A stretch of 63,639 bases of DNA, the filler included, from Octopus bimaculoides (taxonomy: Eukaryota): NCBI RefSeq assembly GCF_001194135.2. It is 6 parts of 6 records of this genome, joined end to end, with 100 filler letters (N's around TTAATTAATTAA, not from the genome) between each part and the next. Parts side by side here need not be neighbours in the genome. Positions count along the whole stretch, not along the records: positions 7,374 to 24,091 come from NC_069002.1; positions 24,192 to 44,135 come from NC_068991.1; 4 more parts are not named here. One strand, given 5' to 3'. Positions within the stretch are counted from its first letter, which is position 1. Each line of letters begins with the position of its first letter. This document shows, in pieces, positions 12,590 to 24,234 of the stretch. A model generated the notes under the pieces. The model ran no database searches. It was given only the letters and a program-made list of their open reading frames with translations, and had not been told where the DNA came from. The position numbers were made by a program, and so were the translations under genes.

Positions 12590-12995
12590 AGGGGGACAGT
12601 TGATTAGATTGACCCTAGTACACAACTGGCACTTAATTTATTGAGCCCCAAAGGACAAAAGGCAAAGATGACCTTAGCAGAATTTGAACTCAGAATGTAC
12701 AGACAGACGGTCATAATATACAAACATTTCTCATGGCTCCAGTACACTGTTTTCAGATGCTTACATTTTTAATGTTTTCTGTGAATTTTTCACGGGTCCA
12801 GCCAGTGATTATTATTATTCAGGTGACAATCTAGCAGGACTGTTAGCATGCTGGACGTCTTCTCACTCTTTCCATTCTGAATTCAAATTCCATCAAGGTT
12901 GACTCTGCCTTTCATCCTTTTAGGAGTTGATAGGTGCAACTGACAAACTCTTTGCTCCTAAAATTGCTGGCCTGGTGCCAAAGTATTGAAACCAT
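12590..12995. mobile_element. Two decayed SINE B copies (about 12590-12710 minus, 12820-12995 plus)
   Basis: GGCAAAGATGACCTTAGCAGAATTTGAACTCAG and CTGAATTCAAATTCCATCAAGGTTGACTCTGCCTTTCATCC. Confidence 0.75.
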
Positions 12996-13012
12996 CATTA
13001 TTATTTGTGTAA

Positions 13013-13231
13013 CCTCTTAAATTCTGACTGACCATATTTGGTCCAAATATTCTGCCTGTTTTATGTTCAAACTGACCAGATTTGGCTTCTTACAATTACC
13101 CTACAATATCATTCTAAGAATATTCAGTTACATTATCCAAGTCTTGGAGCTACCAGATAATGCATGATTAATTCAAAACAATGTGAATAAATAAGCATTA
13201 CATTTGATAGAGTAACCTGAATGCTAAAGGG
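13013..13231. mobile_element. piggyBac-like MITE
   Basis: Right end AATGCTAAAGGG followed by TTAA (13232-13235); degenerate left end after GTAA. Confidence 0.5.
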
Positions 13232-13959
13232 TTAACTGTACTCGTTGGAGGAGAGAACTTTAAAAAATAAACCCTGGGCCTCTCATATTTTGGGGATGGA
13301 ATATAATCAATTCTATTAACCCCAGTATATGCCTCTTAGCTTTTTTTTATCAATCCGAGAGGGATGAATGGCAAAGTTAAATCCTGCAGGATTAGAATCA
13401 GTGTAATTAAATACAACAGAACAACTTTTCCAAGGCTTCATTAATATTTCATCGCCATTGATCTTTCTCTGTGTAGAATAGAATCAGAAATAATATATAA
13501 GAACTTAAACATTTTGAAGAATATTGCTGGTCTAAGATGCTGTTGTTGATTGTCTTTGGTCTCAAAGCTTTCCTGGCAGTGACTAGATGCTGGGGAGGGT
13601 ATGCTTATGATGCTGTCTGTTTTAAATATTCACAAACTTTGTACATAACATAAGAGTGTTTGACACTTCAGCAAACATTGAGTAAAACCATCATTGTCAT
13701 CATCGTCGTCATCCTCCTCCTTCTCCTTCTCCTCCTCATCATCGTCATTGTTTTATGTCCATTTTTCCAAATTTGTATGGGCCATGCAGCGTTTATTGAG
13801 TCAGATTTTCTGTGGATGATGCCCTTCCTGTCACTAGCCTTCACTTGTTTGCAAGTAAGGTAATATTTCTCCATGGTGTGACATGTTTTTATGATAGATT
13901 GGAAATGATTGATATTGTTTGTGTAAGAATGTCATTGCAATTATGCAATGTCAACACAA

Positions 13960-14190
13960 GAACACAGAGAGCAGCTGACAAAGGTCTTGTTGAGTGATGC
14001 CAAGACACTCTCAGCCTTCTTGACAATTGTGTGCTTTGTCCAGTGCAAATCGCTGCTGACAGTAATGCCCCGGTCATGTTCACAAGAAGACTTCTTGATA
14101 TTAGTCTTGTGGAGAGAGTATGTGGACACTGGGTTTTTCCTCCCAAAATGCATGGTGGTACACTTGTCCACAGCCAACTTGAGTTACCAG
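13960..14190 (-). mobile_element. CR1/L2-type LINE RT C-terminal fragment
   Basis: KCTTMHFGRKN..Y.L..EHDRGITVSSDLHWTKH..KKA..L matches the CR1 post-RT pattern KC..MHFG..N..Y.L..E+DLG+. Confidence 0.75.
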
Positions 14191-14199
14191 TCTGTATAA

Positions 14200-14355
14200 C
14201 AGACTTCTTGCAGTTTCCACCAACCAGATACACTCACAAGGCTTTAGTCAGTCTGTGGCTACCGGACAAGACACTTGTCAAAGATGGTGTATAATGGGAC
14301 TGAACTCAGAACCTTGCCATTAGGAAGCAAGCTTCTTAACCAGATAGTCATACCC
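14200..14355 (-). mobile_element. SINE A head half
   Basis: CACTCACAAGGCTTTAGTC..GGGACTGAACTC..GCAAGCTTCTTAACC. Confidence 0.75.
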
Positions 14356-15221
14356 CACACCTCTACTTATGTAAAATCATTAGGTATAGCAAGGTCTACC
14401 ACCTCCAAAGTTGACATTAAAGAAACAAAGGTATTTCATTGGTGTTTCTACCTTTTTCTTGTTCCTGCATTTGGTAAATAATTGTTATGTAATGACACCA
14501 TTATGCGGCATATATAATGCATTGCTTGTTATGCAACATAGATTTCATAACATACATCAGACCATTTCAATATGTGTTTACATATGGCTTTACTTGAAAT
14601 TAATTGAGGCTTTTAAAATATTTAAAGAAGACATGTGGTTTTGACAATTGAAGATTCCAGTTTCTGACATAATTGACTAATATCCATGCATAGCTTGTCT
14701 GGATTAGCCTTGCTTGTGCTGTAGCTAAATCAAAATTGTGATTATTTTGGGTGTCAGATAAGAATAATCTCTTTGAGTTATTATGTCCAAACTATCTCAG
14801 ACTATATCTAAAAATATATATATTCTTATTAAGTAGAAAAATGGAAGTATTTTAAGTGTTCCATCAGAATTTCCTTGTCAGTTTTGTCACATATATAACT
14901 AAATCACATCACAACATTCAAAGCAATGATTTTCATTGGTTTTTGTTTTATTTTTTTGTTGTTTTTATTGTCTTATATTATTAAATAAAATTTATGATAG
15001 GAAGAATTATTTCCCTTGGACAGTAGCTATTATATCACACTCCCTGGTGCCTAATTTACCAATAAACAATAACTATTGAATCAGATGTACTATAATTTTA
15101 TTTTATTTTCTCAAATTAATCTATAACTATGAAGTTAGGCTGTCGTTTCTTGTCGAGAAGAATTGTAGACAGTGGATTATTATTCAATTGAGAATTTCTT
15201 ATAATAATTTCTCTCTCCTTC

Positions 15222-15262
<41 letters not shown>

Positions 15263-15544
15263 ACACTCACACACAAAGAAAAAAAAATTAATATAAGTTA
15301 CTGTATATATNNNNNNNNNNNNNNNNNNNNNNNNNNNNNNNNNNNNNNNNNNNNNNNNNNNNNNNNNNNNNNNNNNNNNNNNNNNNNNNNNNNNNNNNNN
15401 NNNNNNNNNNNNNNNNNNNNNNNNNNNNNNNNNNNNNNNNNNNNNNNNNNNNNNNNNNNNNNNNNNNNNNNNNNNNNNNNNNNNNNNNNNNNNNNNNNNN
15501 NNNNNNNNNNNNNNNNNNNNNNNNNNNNNNNNNNNNNAAAAAAA

Positions 15545-15995
15545 TCGCTGACGTGGCCGATGACAGTACCGCCTGATTGGCACTCATGCCAGTGGAACGT
15601 TAAAAGCACATCCAAGCGTGATTGTTGCCATGGTCACGCATTGGCTCTCATGCCAGTGGCACGTAAAAAGCACCATTCGAGCATGATTGTTGCCAGTGTC
15701 GCCTTACCAGTACATGTGCCGGTGGCATGTGAAAAACAACATTCAAGTGTGGTCATTGCCAGTACCGCCGGACTGGCTCCCATGCAGGTAGCATGTAAAA
15801 AACACCTTTTGAGCATGGTCATTGCCAGAACCACCTGACTGGCCCTTGTGCCGGTGGCATGCAAAAGTGCCCACTACACTCTCGGAGTGGTTGGTGTTAG
15901 GAAGGGCAGATCAGATTGACCCTGGTGCAGCCTTCTGGTTACCAGCCCTGGTCAAACCATCCAGCCCATGCCAGCATGGAAAATGGATGTTGATG
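15545..15995 (+). mobile_element. RTE-type LINE 3' UTR/terminus with a 66-bp tandem array and (GAT)n tail
   Basis: Ends GTGGTTGGTGTTAGGAAGGGCA..CCATGCCAGCATGGAAAATGGATGTT(GAT)n; related ends at about 9790-9990, 13765-13915, 20015-20220, 23697-23900 (minus) and 52900-52960 (plus); the RTE assignment is inference. Confidence 0.6.
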
Positions 15996-16468
15996 ATGAT
16001 GATTATCCCTTTGCCTGTTGAAAACATTTTCATAAGTTTGTCTTAGACATCCATACTTGTATTCAGACTCTTAGTTAGCCCTTGTTTCATGCATTCTGAG
16101 TAATGTAAAGCTTTCCTTTCATCAGTCTCAAGTTACTCTGGTGGTTGAAGAAAATTAAGGATGTGTATCATATATTGCATGAACACCAGGGAAAAATGTC
16201 CTCCACAACACATGTGATACAGAGGACAGACAGTGTTAATTGAACAATGCCATAATTTCTTATGCATGTTACTAATTTATGGCTTACACAATTAAATTTC
16301 CTCTTGAAATTTCATAACATCACTTTCAAATATTTTAATGCAATGTGTGTTCACTGTTTTCTACATAACAAGTGTTAACTTCAAAGGTAGAAGCAGTTGG
16401 CCATTAATAATGGCTGAATTGAACAAAACTTTTCTAGAGTTAGCATCAACCAGACAGGTGTTCATAGC

Positions 16469-16507
<39 letters not shown>

Positions 16508-16549
16508 GCATGCATACAGACAGACACACAGACAAACAGGACCATATCC

Positions 16550-17760
16550 CACAATGCTTTTGCAGTGCCAATGCTAGTACCAACATTTGGAATATTGGAC
16601 TGGACACTTGACAAAATATGCAGCCTGGACAGCAAAATCAGAAAAGTACTAGCCACCACTAGCAGCTTCCATATTAATAGTGACACTGATAGGATCTGTG
16701 TGAGAAAAGATGATGGCAGTAGAGGTATAAGGTCAGTCTAAACAGTCTTTGAATATCACACCTGTTGAACAGTAAAGAGACAAATGAGTACATTCCATGC
16801 ATATTCAAAAGTGATAGCAACAACATCTTCAGATTTGGAGAACCACTGTGCAAGTACTCTGAGAATACAAGTGTCTCATGTGAACTAAAGGAGGCGGGAC
16901 TGGCCTACCTAAACAGAAGCCTGGTGGAGAAGCAGACATCATACCTACAAAAAGCAATGCATGGGTACATATTCTGTAAGTTAGGGGCAACAACAGCATT
17001 GACAGGAAGTTTAGCCTCTCTTGGACTTGTGATAAATACATTACATCCCACCTAAAAGATATGCCTTTGCTATCCATAAACAGGGCATAGCCCTTAAATA
17101 CCTGTTAAGTAAGAGGGACAAAGACATCACCAAACCTCCATGTTGTAATATAAAATGTTGGCTCTGCTATGCAGGTGTGAAAAATATTACCCACATCAGC
17201 AGCTGCCCCAAAATGTGTACGAGATGCTTACCTGCCTCTGAAGTATGATATAGTTGCAAAGACTATTTACAATGCTAACCGCAGGAAGGACTACCCTGAT
17301 GTATACATCAAAGACATGTCAGAACCAGAAGGTATTCATTCCTTTAAAAGCAAGGGATACTGGTGGAATACTCCAATAAAAAACAGCAATTTGTTGCAAA
17401 CATAAGAGACCTGATATTGTTCCGTTGGGCAGGGAGCAAAAGTCATGCTCTGTTGTGGAGGTCAGCTGCCTGGCAGATGTGAATGTACAATCAAAAGTCC
17501 AGGAAAAAGAGAATATTTATGGTAAATTAATGTGGAATTTATAGCTCTTGTACCTTGACTTTAAATTCTCATTTGCACATATCGTCAAAGGTACATTAGT
17601 ATGTACCAACAAATTTACACAATAAACTAGAAATACTCGGTTTCACAAAGAGCAAAAGAAACTGATACAATTTCTCCAAATCCAACCTATTAGTGGCACT
17701 GAAGAGTTTTGTAAGACATTCCAAAAATTCTCCATCAGATTTTTATGTGATTAGATGCAC
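16550..17760 (+). mobile_element. 5'-truncated, decayed RLE-type non-LTR retrotransposon (R4/Dong/NeSL-like)
   Basis: NAFAVPMLVPTFGILDWT..LDSKIRK..HINSDTDRICVRKDDGSRGIRSV (post-RT), KAMHG, CWLC..ITHISSCP zinc knuckle, HKRPDIV..VVEVSC..DVN..K..EK..IY (PD-(D/E)xK, 17401-17540); stops and frameshifts present. Confidence 0.9.
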
Positions 17761-17899
17761 ATACTTGGGTGTATGAACTAACATTTCAACCAACACACCA
17801 ACTCAACCACATATTTACAAATGGCAGGAAATCTCTTAAGTCTTGCTTTGTTAGCAGCTGGCTTGAACTCTCTTAAGATCTTAAATAAAACTCAAGGGA

Positions 17900-18510
17900 A
17901 AAACATGCATGCTAACATACGTGCATTGCATACATTACATTGCATACAATACATACAGTACAGTACATTACATACATTGCATACAGTACATTGCATTGCA
18001 CACATACATTACATGCACTGCACTACATGCACTGCACTACAAGCGCTGCACTTCATGCACTACACACATGCACTACATACATGCACTACATACATACACA
18101 CATACATTACACACACTTGCATTATATACACGCACACACTGCATACACACTACACCCACACACTAAATACACCTACGCACACCCATGCACACTACATGCA
18201 CACACACACACAAACTACATGCATACACACACTACATACACACTACATGCATACACACACTACATACACACTACATGCATACATACACACACACACACAC
18301 TACATACATACAAACACACATGCTACATATGCACACACACACTACCTACATACACACTACATGCATACATACGGACACACGCTACATACGCACACACACT
18401 ACATACACACACGCTACATATGCACACACACTACACATACATACACATATACACACACTACATACATACACACTACATGTACACATGCACACACACACTA
18501 CATACATACA
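17900..18510. repeat. CA-rich compound micro/minisatellite (CACACTACAT-like units)
   Basis: Visible periodicity; the His/Thr ORFs are translations of the repeat. Confidence 0.9.
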
Positions 18511-19217
18511 TGCTGTCCCAGCAGTAAAGCTATCCTGGACTGACATGTTTTTCTACTTTCATTACCATACTTACTGTACCTCAACTTCAAATGTCTCTAG
18601 AACTCCCTCTCTGTAGGTAGCAACATGTAAATGATCAAACTGAACAGTAAATGCATCATCAACCTTAAACAAAGGAGCCACTTCATGGGCACCTGACTTA
18701 CTAAAAATAGCAACCAAATCTTCCCCCCGGCCACAGCTTACTGTCATAGATAAAGGAAGACTGTAGTCTCTGATATACAAAAACAGGCTGTTTACAGTGA
18801 GAACATTTTTCATAGGTCTGCTTCAAGGATGGTCGGGGGACAAACAATGACTACTTTAGTGTGATATGGCCTGAAAAAGATTTTGGGTAATAACATCAAT
18901 CCTCAGACTAAATAAAAATGTTAAAAGGAAGGCGTAACTATTTGGAAACTTGGAAATAGTCCATTTTCTTGAATATGATATGCCACTCTTCAATCAGGTA
19001 TGAAGCCAAATTGTATATATTTTATCCTATAGTTGTTGGGTATTTGAGCAGTAGACATTTATTCCAGTTAGTGTTTTGTGACTTGATTGAAACAATTAAC
19101 TGTCCTTGTACTTTAAAGTGAATGCTTACCAATCCTAATTTCTTAATGATAAATGTAATCTCACATAATTGTTGTATAATGAATGATTGTGAAGAATTGA
19201 CTTTATGTTGCTTTCAG

Positions 19218-19495
19218 ATGTTACGTGTGTAAAGAGGTGTTTATAGAACCAATTACTTTATCTTGTGGGCACACCTTCTGCACAAAGTGCCTTACCACTG
19301 ACATCTTGTCATGTCGGGTGTGTGGAGCAACAGAATATGCAAGAGGACAAACTACATTGATACTTTGTAACTTGGTGGAGAAAATTTTCCCAAGACATGT
19401 TTGTGCTGAGAAGCTGCTCATGAAAGGCAAACAAATGGTGGAAGAAGGGAACTATATTCAAGCAATAGATGTATTTACAAAAGCTCTGAATGAAG
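19218..19495 (+). CDS. LONRF: Internal coding exon: C3HC4 RING followed by the start of a TPR, LON peptidase N-terminal domain and RING finger protein-like
   Basis: Acceptor ttgctttcag|A, donor GAAG|gtattt; 278 bp, phase 2 in and phase 1 out; CYVC-x11-CGH-TF-CTKC-x7-CRVC then AEKLLMKGKQMVEEGNYIQAIDVFTKALNE. RING directly followed by TPR is the LONRF1-3 N-terminal layout. Confidence 0.8.
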
Positions 19496-21084
19496 GTATT
19501 TTCTGTTTTTTGTTATTTCTTCAAAAATCATTTTAATTAGTTTCATTAGCTTTTTTTTTNNNNNNNNNNNNNNNNNNNNNNNNNNNNNNNNNNNNNNNNN
19601 NNNNNNNNNNNNNNNNNNNNNNNNNNNNNNNNNNNNNNNNNNNNNNNNNNNNNNNNNNNTCTATCTATCTATCTATCTATCTATCTATATATATGTATAT
19701 ATATATACACTAGACAAATAATGATTGGTGTCCGTAGGGAAATAAAAGGTGCAGTTGGTAGTGAATTTGTTGAATGAGAGCCATTGTAATTCTACATAAA
19801 TTTGTTATTTCAGTCTGAATGTGTTTATTATTTGTAGCAGCAATATGCATTTTTTTGGCATGCCTTGAAATATTAATTGTATTTCCTTAACTTAATAAGG
19901 AAATAACATAGAGCCATTCCAACTGTGACAATTCAGCTGATATCTTCATCATCATAATCATCATCATCATTGTCATCATCATCATGATAGTGACCATCAT
20001 CATTGTCATCATCGTTTAATGTCTGTCTTCTGTGCTGGGGTGAGTTGGATGGGTTGACAGGTGCTGGAAAGTCAGAAAAATGCATCAAGCTCTTCCGTCT
20101 GCTTTTGCATGGTTGCTACAAGTGAATGACCTTCATGATGCCAACCATTTTACAAAGGGTTTAATGTTGGGTGTTGGGGTGCATTTTATGTGGCACCAGT
20201 AACAGTGAGGTCGCCAAGTTAATTGCAAGACAAGACCCCCTCCTCCACCCTCAACTGTGCGGGGGGGGGGAAGTAATATTGAGGGAGGTAGCTTTCTACT
20301 GGGTGATGAAAGGTTAGAATATGAGGAGAGGGGCAGAAATAGGTGTCCTTCAGTAGAGGAGATACAAGGCTATCTAAGTTGGAGAGAGAGAGTGGTGGTA
20401 AAGATGTGATGGGGATGGGTACAGTCAAGTTATGGAGCAGTATCTGTATATAAGGGAAATGGAACCAGAGATTGGATAGGATGAGTGTGAGGTGGAGGAG
20501 AGGGGGATGTGAATGGAGTGAAGCAGAAGAAGGGGATATCGATGTGTAATGTGTGTATATATATATTTATATGTGTGTGTGTGTGTGTGCGTGCGTGCCT
20601 CATCTTGCCATAGGCTCTTGACTCCTCAGTGGGGGTCATAGGGGTGCTGGTGTGACATAAGGCTTGTCTCAGGTATTTTTAGACCTTGGGTAGCCAATCA
20701 CTCTCCAGATGTAACCACATCCGATGTCCTCCTCAAAGTGACAAAAACACAGAAAGAAAGAAAGTGTAGAAGACTAAGTGATTCCAGTATAAGTCTGGTA
20801 CTTTATTTATTGAGTGCCAGAATAATAAAAGGAAAATTTGTCCTTGCTGGGATTTGATCTTAGAATGTAAAGAGCTGAAATACTTACCACAAAGCAATGT
20901 ATCTGATGGCTGAACTGAGAACTCCACTAAGAAGTTGCCTTGTGTACAAAATATGGTTTCTTACCCATTCCAGTCATTAGACTGAGTCCAGGCTGGGGCT
21001 TTGTAGTGGAGAATTTTTATAGTTAAATAAAGTGAACCCTGTATTTAATTTTTCAAGGCTTTGTACTTAATTTCAGACTCTTTT

Positions 21085-21366
21085 ACTGAACCATGAAGTT
21101 ACAGGGATATAAACACACCAATATTTGTCGGCAAGCAGTGGTGCTGGTGGGGGACAAAGACAGACACACACACATACACACTGTTACACAGACAGACAGA
21201 CACACACACATAGGACAGGCTTCTTTTGGTTTCCATCTACCAAATCCACTCACAAGGTTTTGTCTTGCTCTAAGGTATAGTAAAAGACACTTGCTCAAGG
21301 TGTCATGCAGTGGAACTGAACCCAGAACCGTGTGGTTGGGAAGCAAACTTCTTACCACACAGCCAC
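21085..21366 (-). mobile_element. SINE A
   Basis: Homology to 486-850. Confidence 0.85.
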
Positions 21367-21655
21367 CTAGAAAATTTTTTTTTGAATTTCTATGTTTTAA
21401 ATATCAGAAATTATTTGGAATTTAAACATTCCACAAATCCAATTATTGTTTTTTATTAACTGTTTTCTTCTTTTGTGAATAATTCTGATTTTAAAAGCCC
21501 TTGCTAAATACAAAAATGCATTCAATATGGTGATGTCATTATTGAAGTTGGATCCACCAAATATTTTAATTAAATTCCCTAATTAACGCAAGCAAAGTGC
21601 GCTTATTAACTAATCAGGTGCATCAAATGTTAATAGAATAGAGCTTGAAAGATTA

Positions 21656-21910
21656 ACAGCAAATACACAAGACATAATTAATTTTCTGCAAAATTATGGT
21701 CTTCTTTATTGTAATGCAATTTGTCCTGGCTGCAGTGAGGCTGCAAACCACAATGAAAGCAGCATCATGCAGCTGAATGCCAGTGGACGTGCACCAAAAC
21801 AGTTTGTGCCAAATGTGTTTGTCGTAAGATATTGTCATTGCAAATGCATTTATCCAAGGAAAACTCTCTCTTGTACAAGCCTTTGAGCTTTTATATAAGT
21901 GAGTGCATGT
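21656..21910 (+). mobile_element. Decayed Merlin/IS1595-like transposase N-terminus
   Basis: IINFLQNYGLL..ICPGC / ECQWTCTKTVC / NAFIQGKLSLVQAFELLYK* across two frameshifts resembles the Merlin zinc-ribbon region. Confidence 0.5.
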
Positions 21911-22050
21911 CAAAGCAATAATCTAAATAATAATCCATCAAAATCCTTCCACGTTTCTAACCTGGAAAATGTGTGTGTGTATATAAATGGTCACATAAAA
22001 CTCTGAGTAACAGTTTGTGGAGATTTTTCGGTTTTAATAAAGTGTATATA

Positions 22051-22281
22051 CAGGGTGATTGAAAGGTCGCCATACACAGGAAGAATTTATTTTTTTTATA
22101 AGAAACAGTTTATAAGAACAGTTTTTTTTTTTTATTTAGCAGGTTCTATATGGTTACCATTGTTTTGAATACACATTGCAATACGTTTACCCAACTCATT
22201 GTGAACTGGTAATAGCACATCTGGTGATACCTGTACAAAGGAGTTGGTGATGCGTTCCTTCAAAGGATTTATGTCTTTTAT
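22051..22281 (-). mobile_element. 3' end of a Tc1/mariner-superfamily (IS630/DD37D-like) transposon
   Basis: TA|CAGGGTG terminus; C-terminal peptide LKERITNSFVQVSPDVL..LGKRIAMCIQNNGNHIE; cut by gap. Confidence 0.7.
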
Positions 22282-22769
22282 NNNNNNNNNNNNNNNNNNN
22301 NNNNNNNNNNNNNNNNNNNNNNNNNNNNNNNNNNNNNNNNNNNNNNNNNNNNNNNNNNNNNNNNNNNNNNNNNNNNNNNNNNNNNNNNNNNNNNNNNNNN
22401 NNNNNNNNNNNNNNNNNNNNNNNNNNNNNNNNNNNNNNNNNNNNNNNNNNNNNNNNNNNATATATATATGTATATTATATATATATTGAAGTAGTTTGAC
22501 TTTAGAGTCCATTTACAGCATGAGGTGTTACTTATAGTAACAGCCCTTCATATAATAATGTATTTTAGATTTGGAAAAAAATTATATACTTTGTATTCAT
22601 TTTTTTTCTTAATTGATTTTCCACGCTGGCTATTTGATAAATCTTATATAAATGTTATCTTTATATTCAACATATATATATATATATATACATATATATC
22701 ATATATCTTATGTCAAAGTGTAGTGTGTGTGTGTGTGTGTGTGTATATATAAATGAAAAATACACATTA

Positions 22770-22940
22770 AGTACAGGACATCACCAATGAGTGAAAAAAG
22801 CATAAACACACGAGAGACAAGTACAGGACAAAATACCAGACGCAGATAACTCGCTCATCAGTTGTTGACTGTTTTATTGACCCATTTCATGCTTTTAACG
22901 ACATGATAGGAAATCTTAGTAAGACAACAGCATCCAGAAA
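22770..22940 (-). mobile_element. Short (TA)n-associated element with reversed-order hammerhead motifs
   Basis: Minus strand ATCATG-TCGTTA..GAAATGG..CAACAA-CTGATGA-GC; shares the GTACAGGAC motif with 38880, 52135 and 61690. Confidence 0.5.
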
Positions 22941-23101
22941 TTTAAAAAATATAAAATTTGTGGAGAGTTAGGGCTTTGAACGAACAAACAACAAAAGAGT
23001 GGACGTACAAAATAAACAATCAACGAAGACAAACATTAAAGACGAATGGTAATGGGTACATATATATATATCTAATATCAAAGTGTTGTGTAGATATATA
23101 T

Positions 23102-23178
<77 letters not shown>

Positions 23179-23189
23179 TCTATGTATAT

Positions 23190-23600
23190 AATATGAGAGC
23201 TTTTGGTATCCAGAAGACCCAAAGAGCAGGTAAGGCTATGTAAATGCTACAGAAGGACGGCTGTAGCATTAATAGCTGCACACTATTCCTTTGTAATAAC
23301 AAAATATGAACTCCTATCAGAATTTGCACACCATAGCCTCTTTACCCATTCTACACAGCACATTCCTTGGATAATCGAACTACAACTGTGGCATCCAACA
23401 CATATTTTTATTCTCATATCTCCCTTTATACTTCCTATATCCATCCATTTCCAAAATAACTTCTTATATTGAACTCTACTATTTATTTCCGTTTAACTCT
23501 CTCATATCGTCTCTGATGATGGGATATCTTTAAATCCGTGAAACAACTGTAAGACTAACTTTTTCTTTATAAATGGCCTAGAAATTTCACACTACCTTGG
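23190..23600 (+). mobile_element. Penelope-like element 3' fragment
   Basis: RESFW-like end of endonuclease after (TA)n, pyrimidine-rich UTR, hammerhead at 23509. Confidence 0.55.
23509..23555 (+). ncRNA. Minimal type I hammerhead ribozyme (PLE-type)
   Basis: GTCT-CTGATGA-t(g)GGAT..ATCC(gt)-GAAAC-aact-GTA-AGAC; stem I GTCT/AGAC is perfect; GUA cleavage triplet; stem II partly decayed. Confidence 0.7.
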
Positions 23601-23696
23601 CTTTNNNNNNNNNNTGTCTCATTTTATTTAACACACACACACACACGCACACACACATGCACATATATATATATATATATATATATTCATCTTCAT

Positions 23697-23900
23697 TTAA
23701 TGTCCAGTCTTCCATGCTTGCATGGATTGGACTGTTTGACAAACATCGGATGATTGAAATGACTGCATTATACTCCAGTCTCCAGTGTCTGTTTTGGAAT
23801 AGTTTCCATGGTTTGATGCCCCTCCTGACACCAACCACTTTACTGAGAGTACTGGGTACTATTTTTCATGCCACCAGCACTATTGAGGACACCATAAAGC
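23697..23900 (-). mobile_element. RTE-type 3' terminus, same family as 15850-15995
   Basis: CCATGCTTGCATGG..GATGCCCCTCCTGACACCAACCAC..CATGCCACCAGCAC. Confidence 0.7.
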
Positions 23901-24191
23901 TTGCAAGCCAAGAGACCCATGGAGGGAGGATGTTGTCTCTGCATGTTAGATAGAGGTTAAGGTATGAGGGAAGCTGTTTGGAGTAGAGCAGGGTCGCATA
24001 GAGGCGCTACATGGCTGCTCACATTTAGGAGAGAGAAAGTGAGAACAAGTTCGAGATATTTCCAAGGATATATATATATATATATATATATNNNNNNNNN
24101 NNNNNNNNNNNNNNNNNNNNNNNNNNNNNNNNNNNTTAATTAATTAANNNNNNNNNNNNNNNNNNNNNNNNNNNNNNNNNNNNNNNNNNNN

Positions 24192-24234
<43 letters not shown>

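Noticed and set aside
15588-15900. CRISPR-like regular repeats
   Set aside because: Whole units are mutually homologous with no unique spacers, there are no cas genes, and the context is a eukaryotic LINE end
17821-18616. 240-aa His/Thr/Tyr ORF
   Set aside because: Translation of a CA-rich satellite
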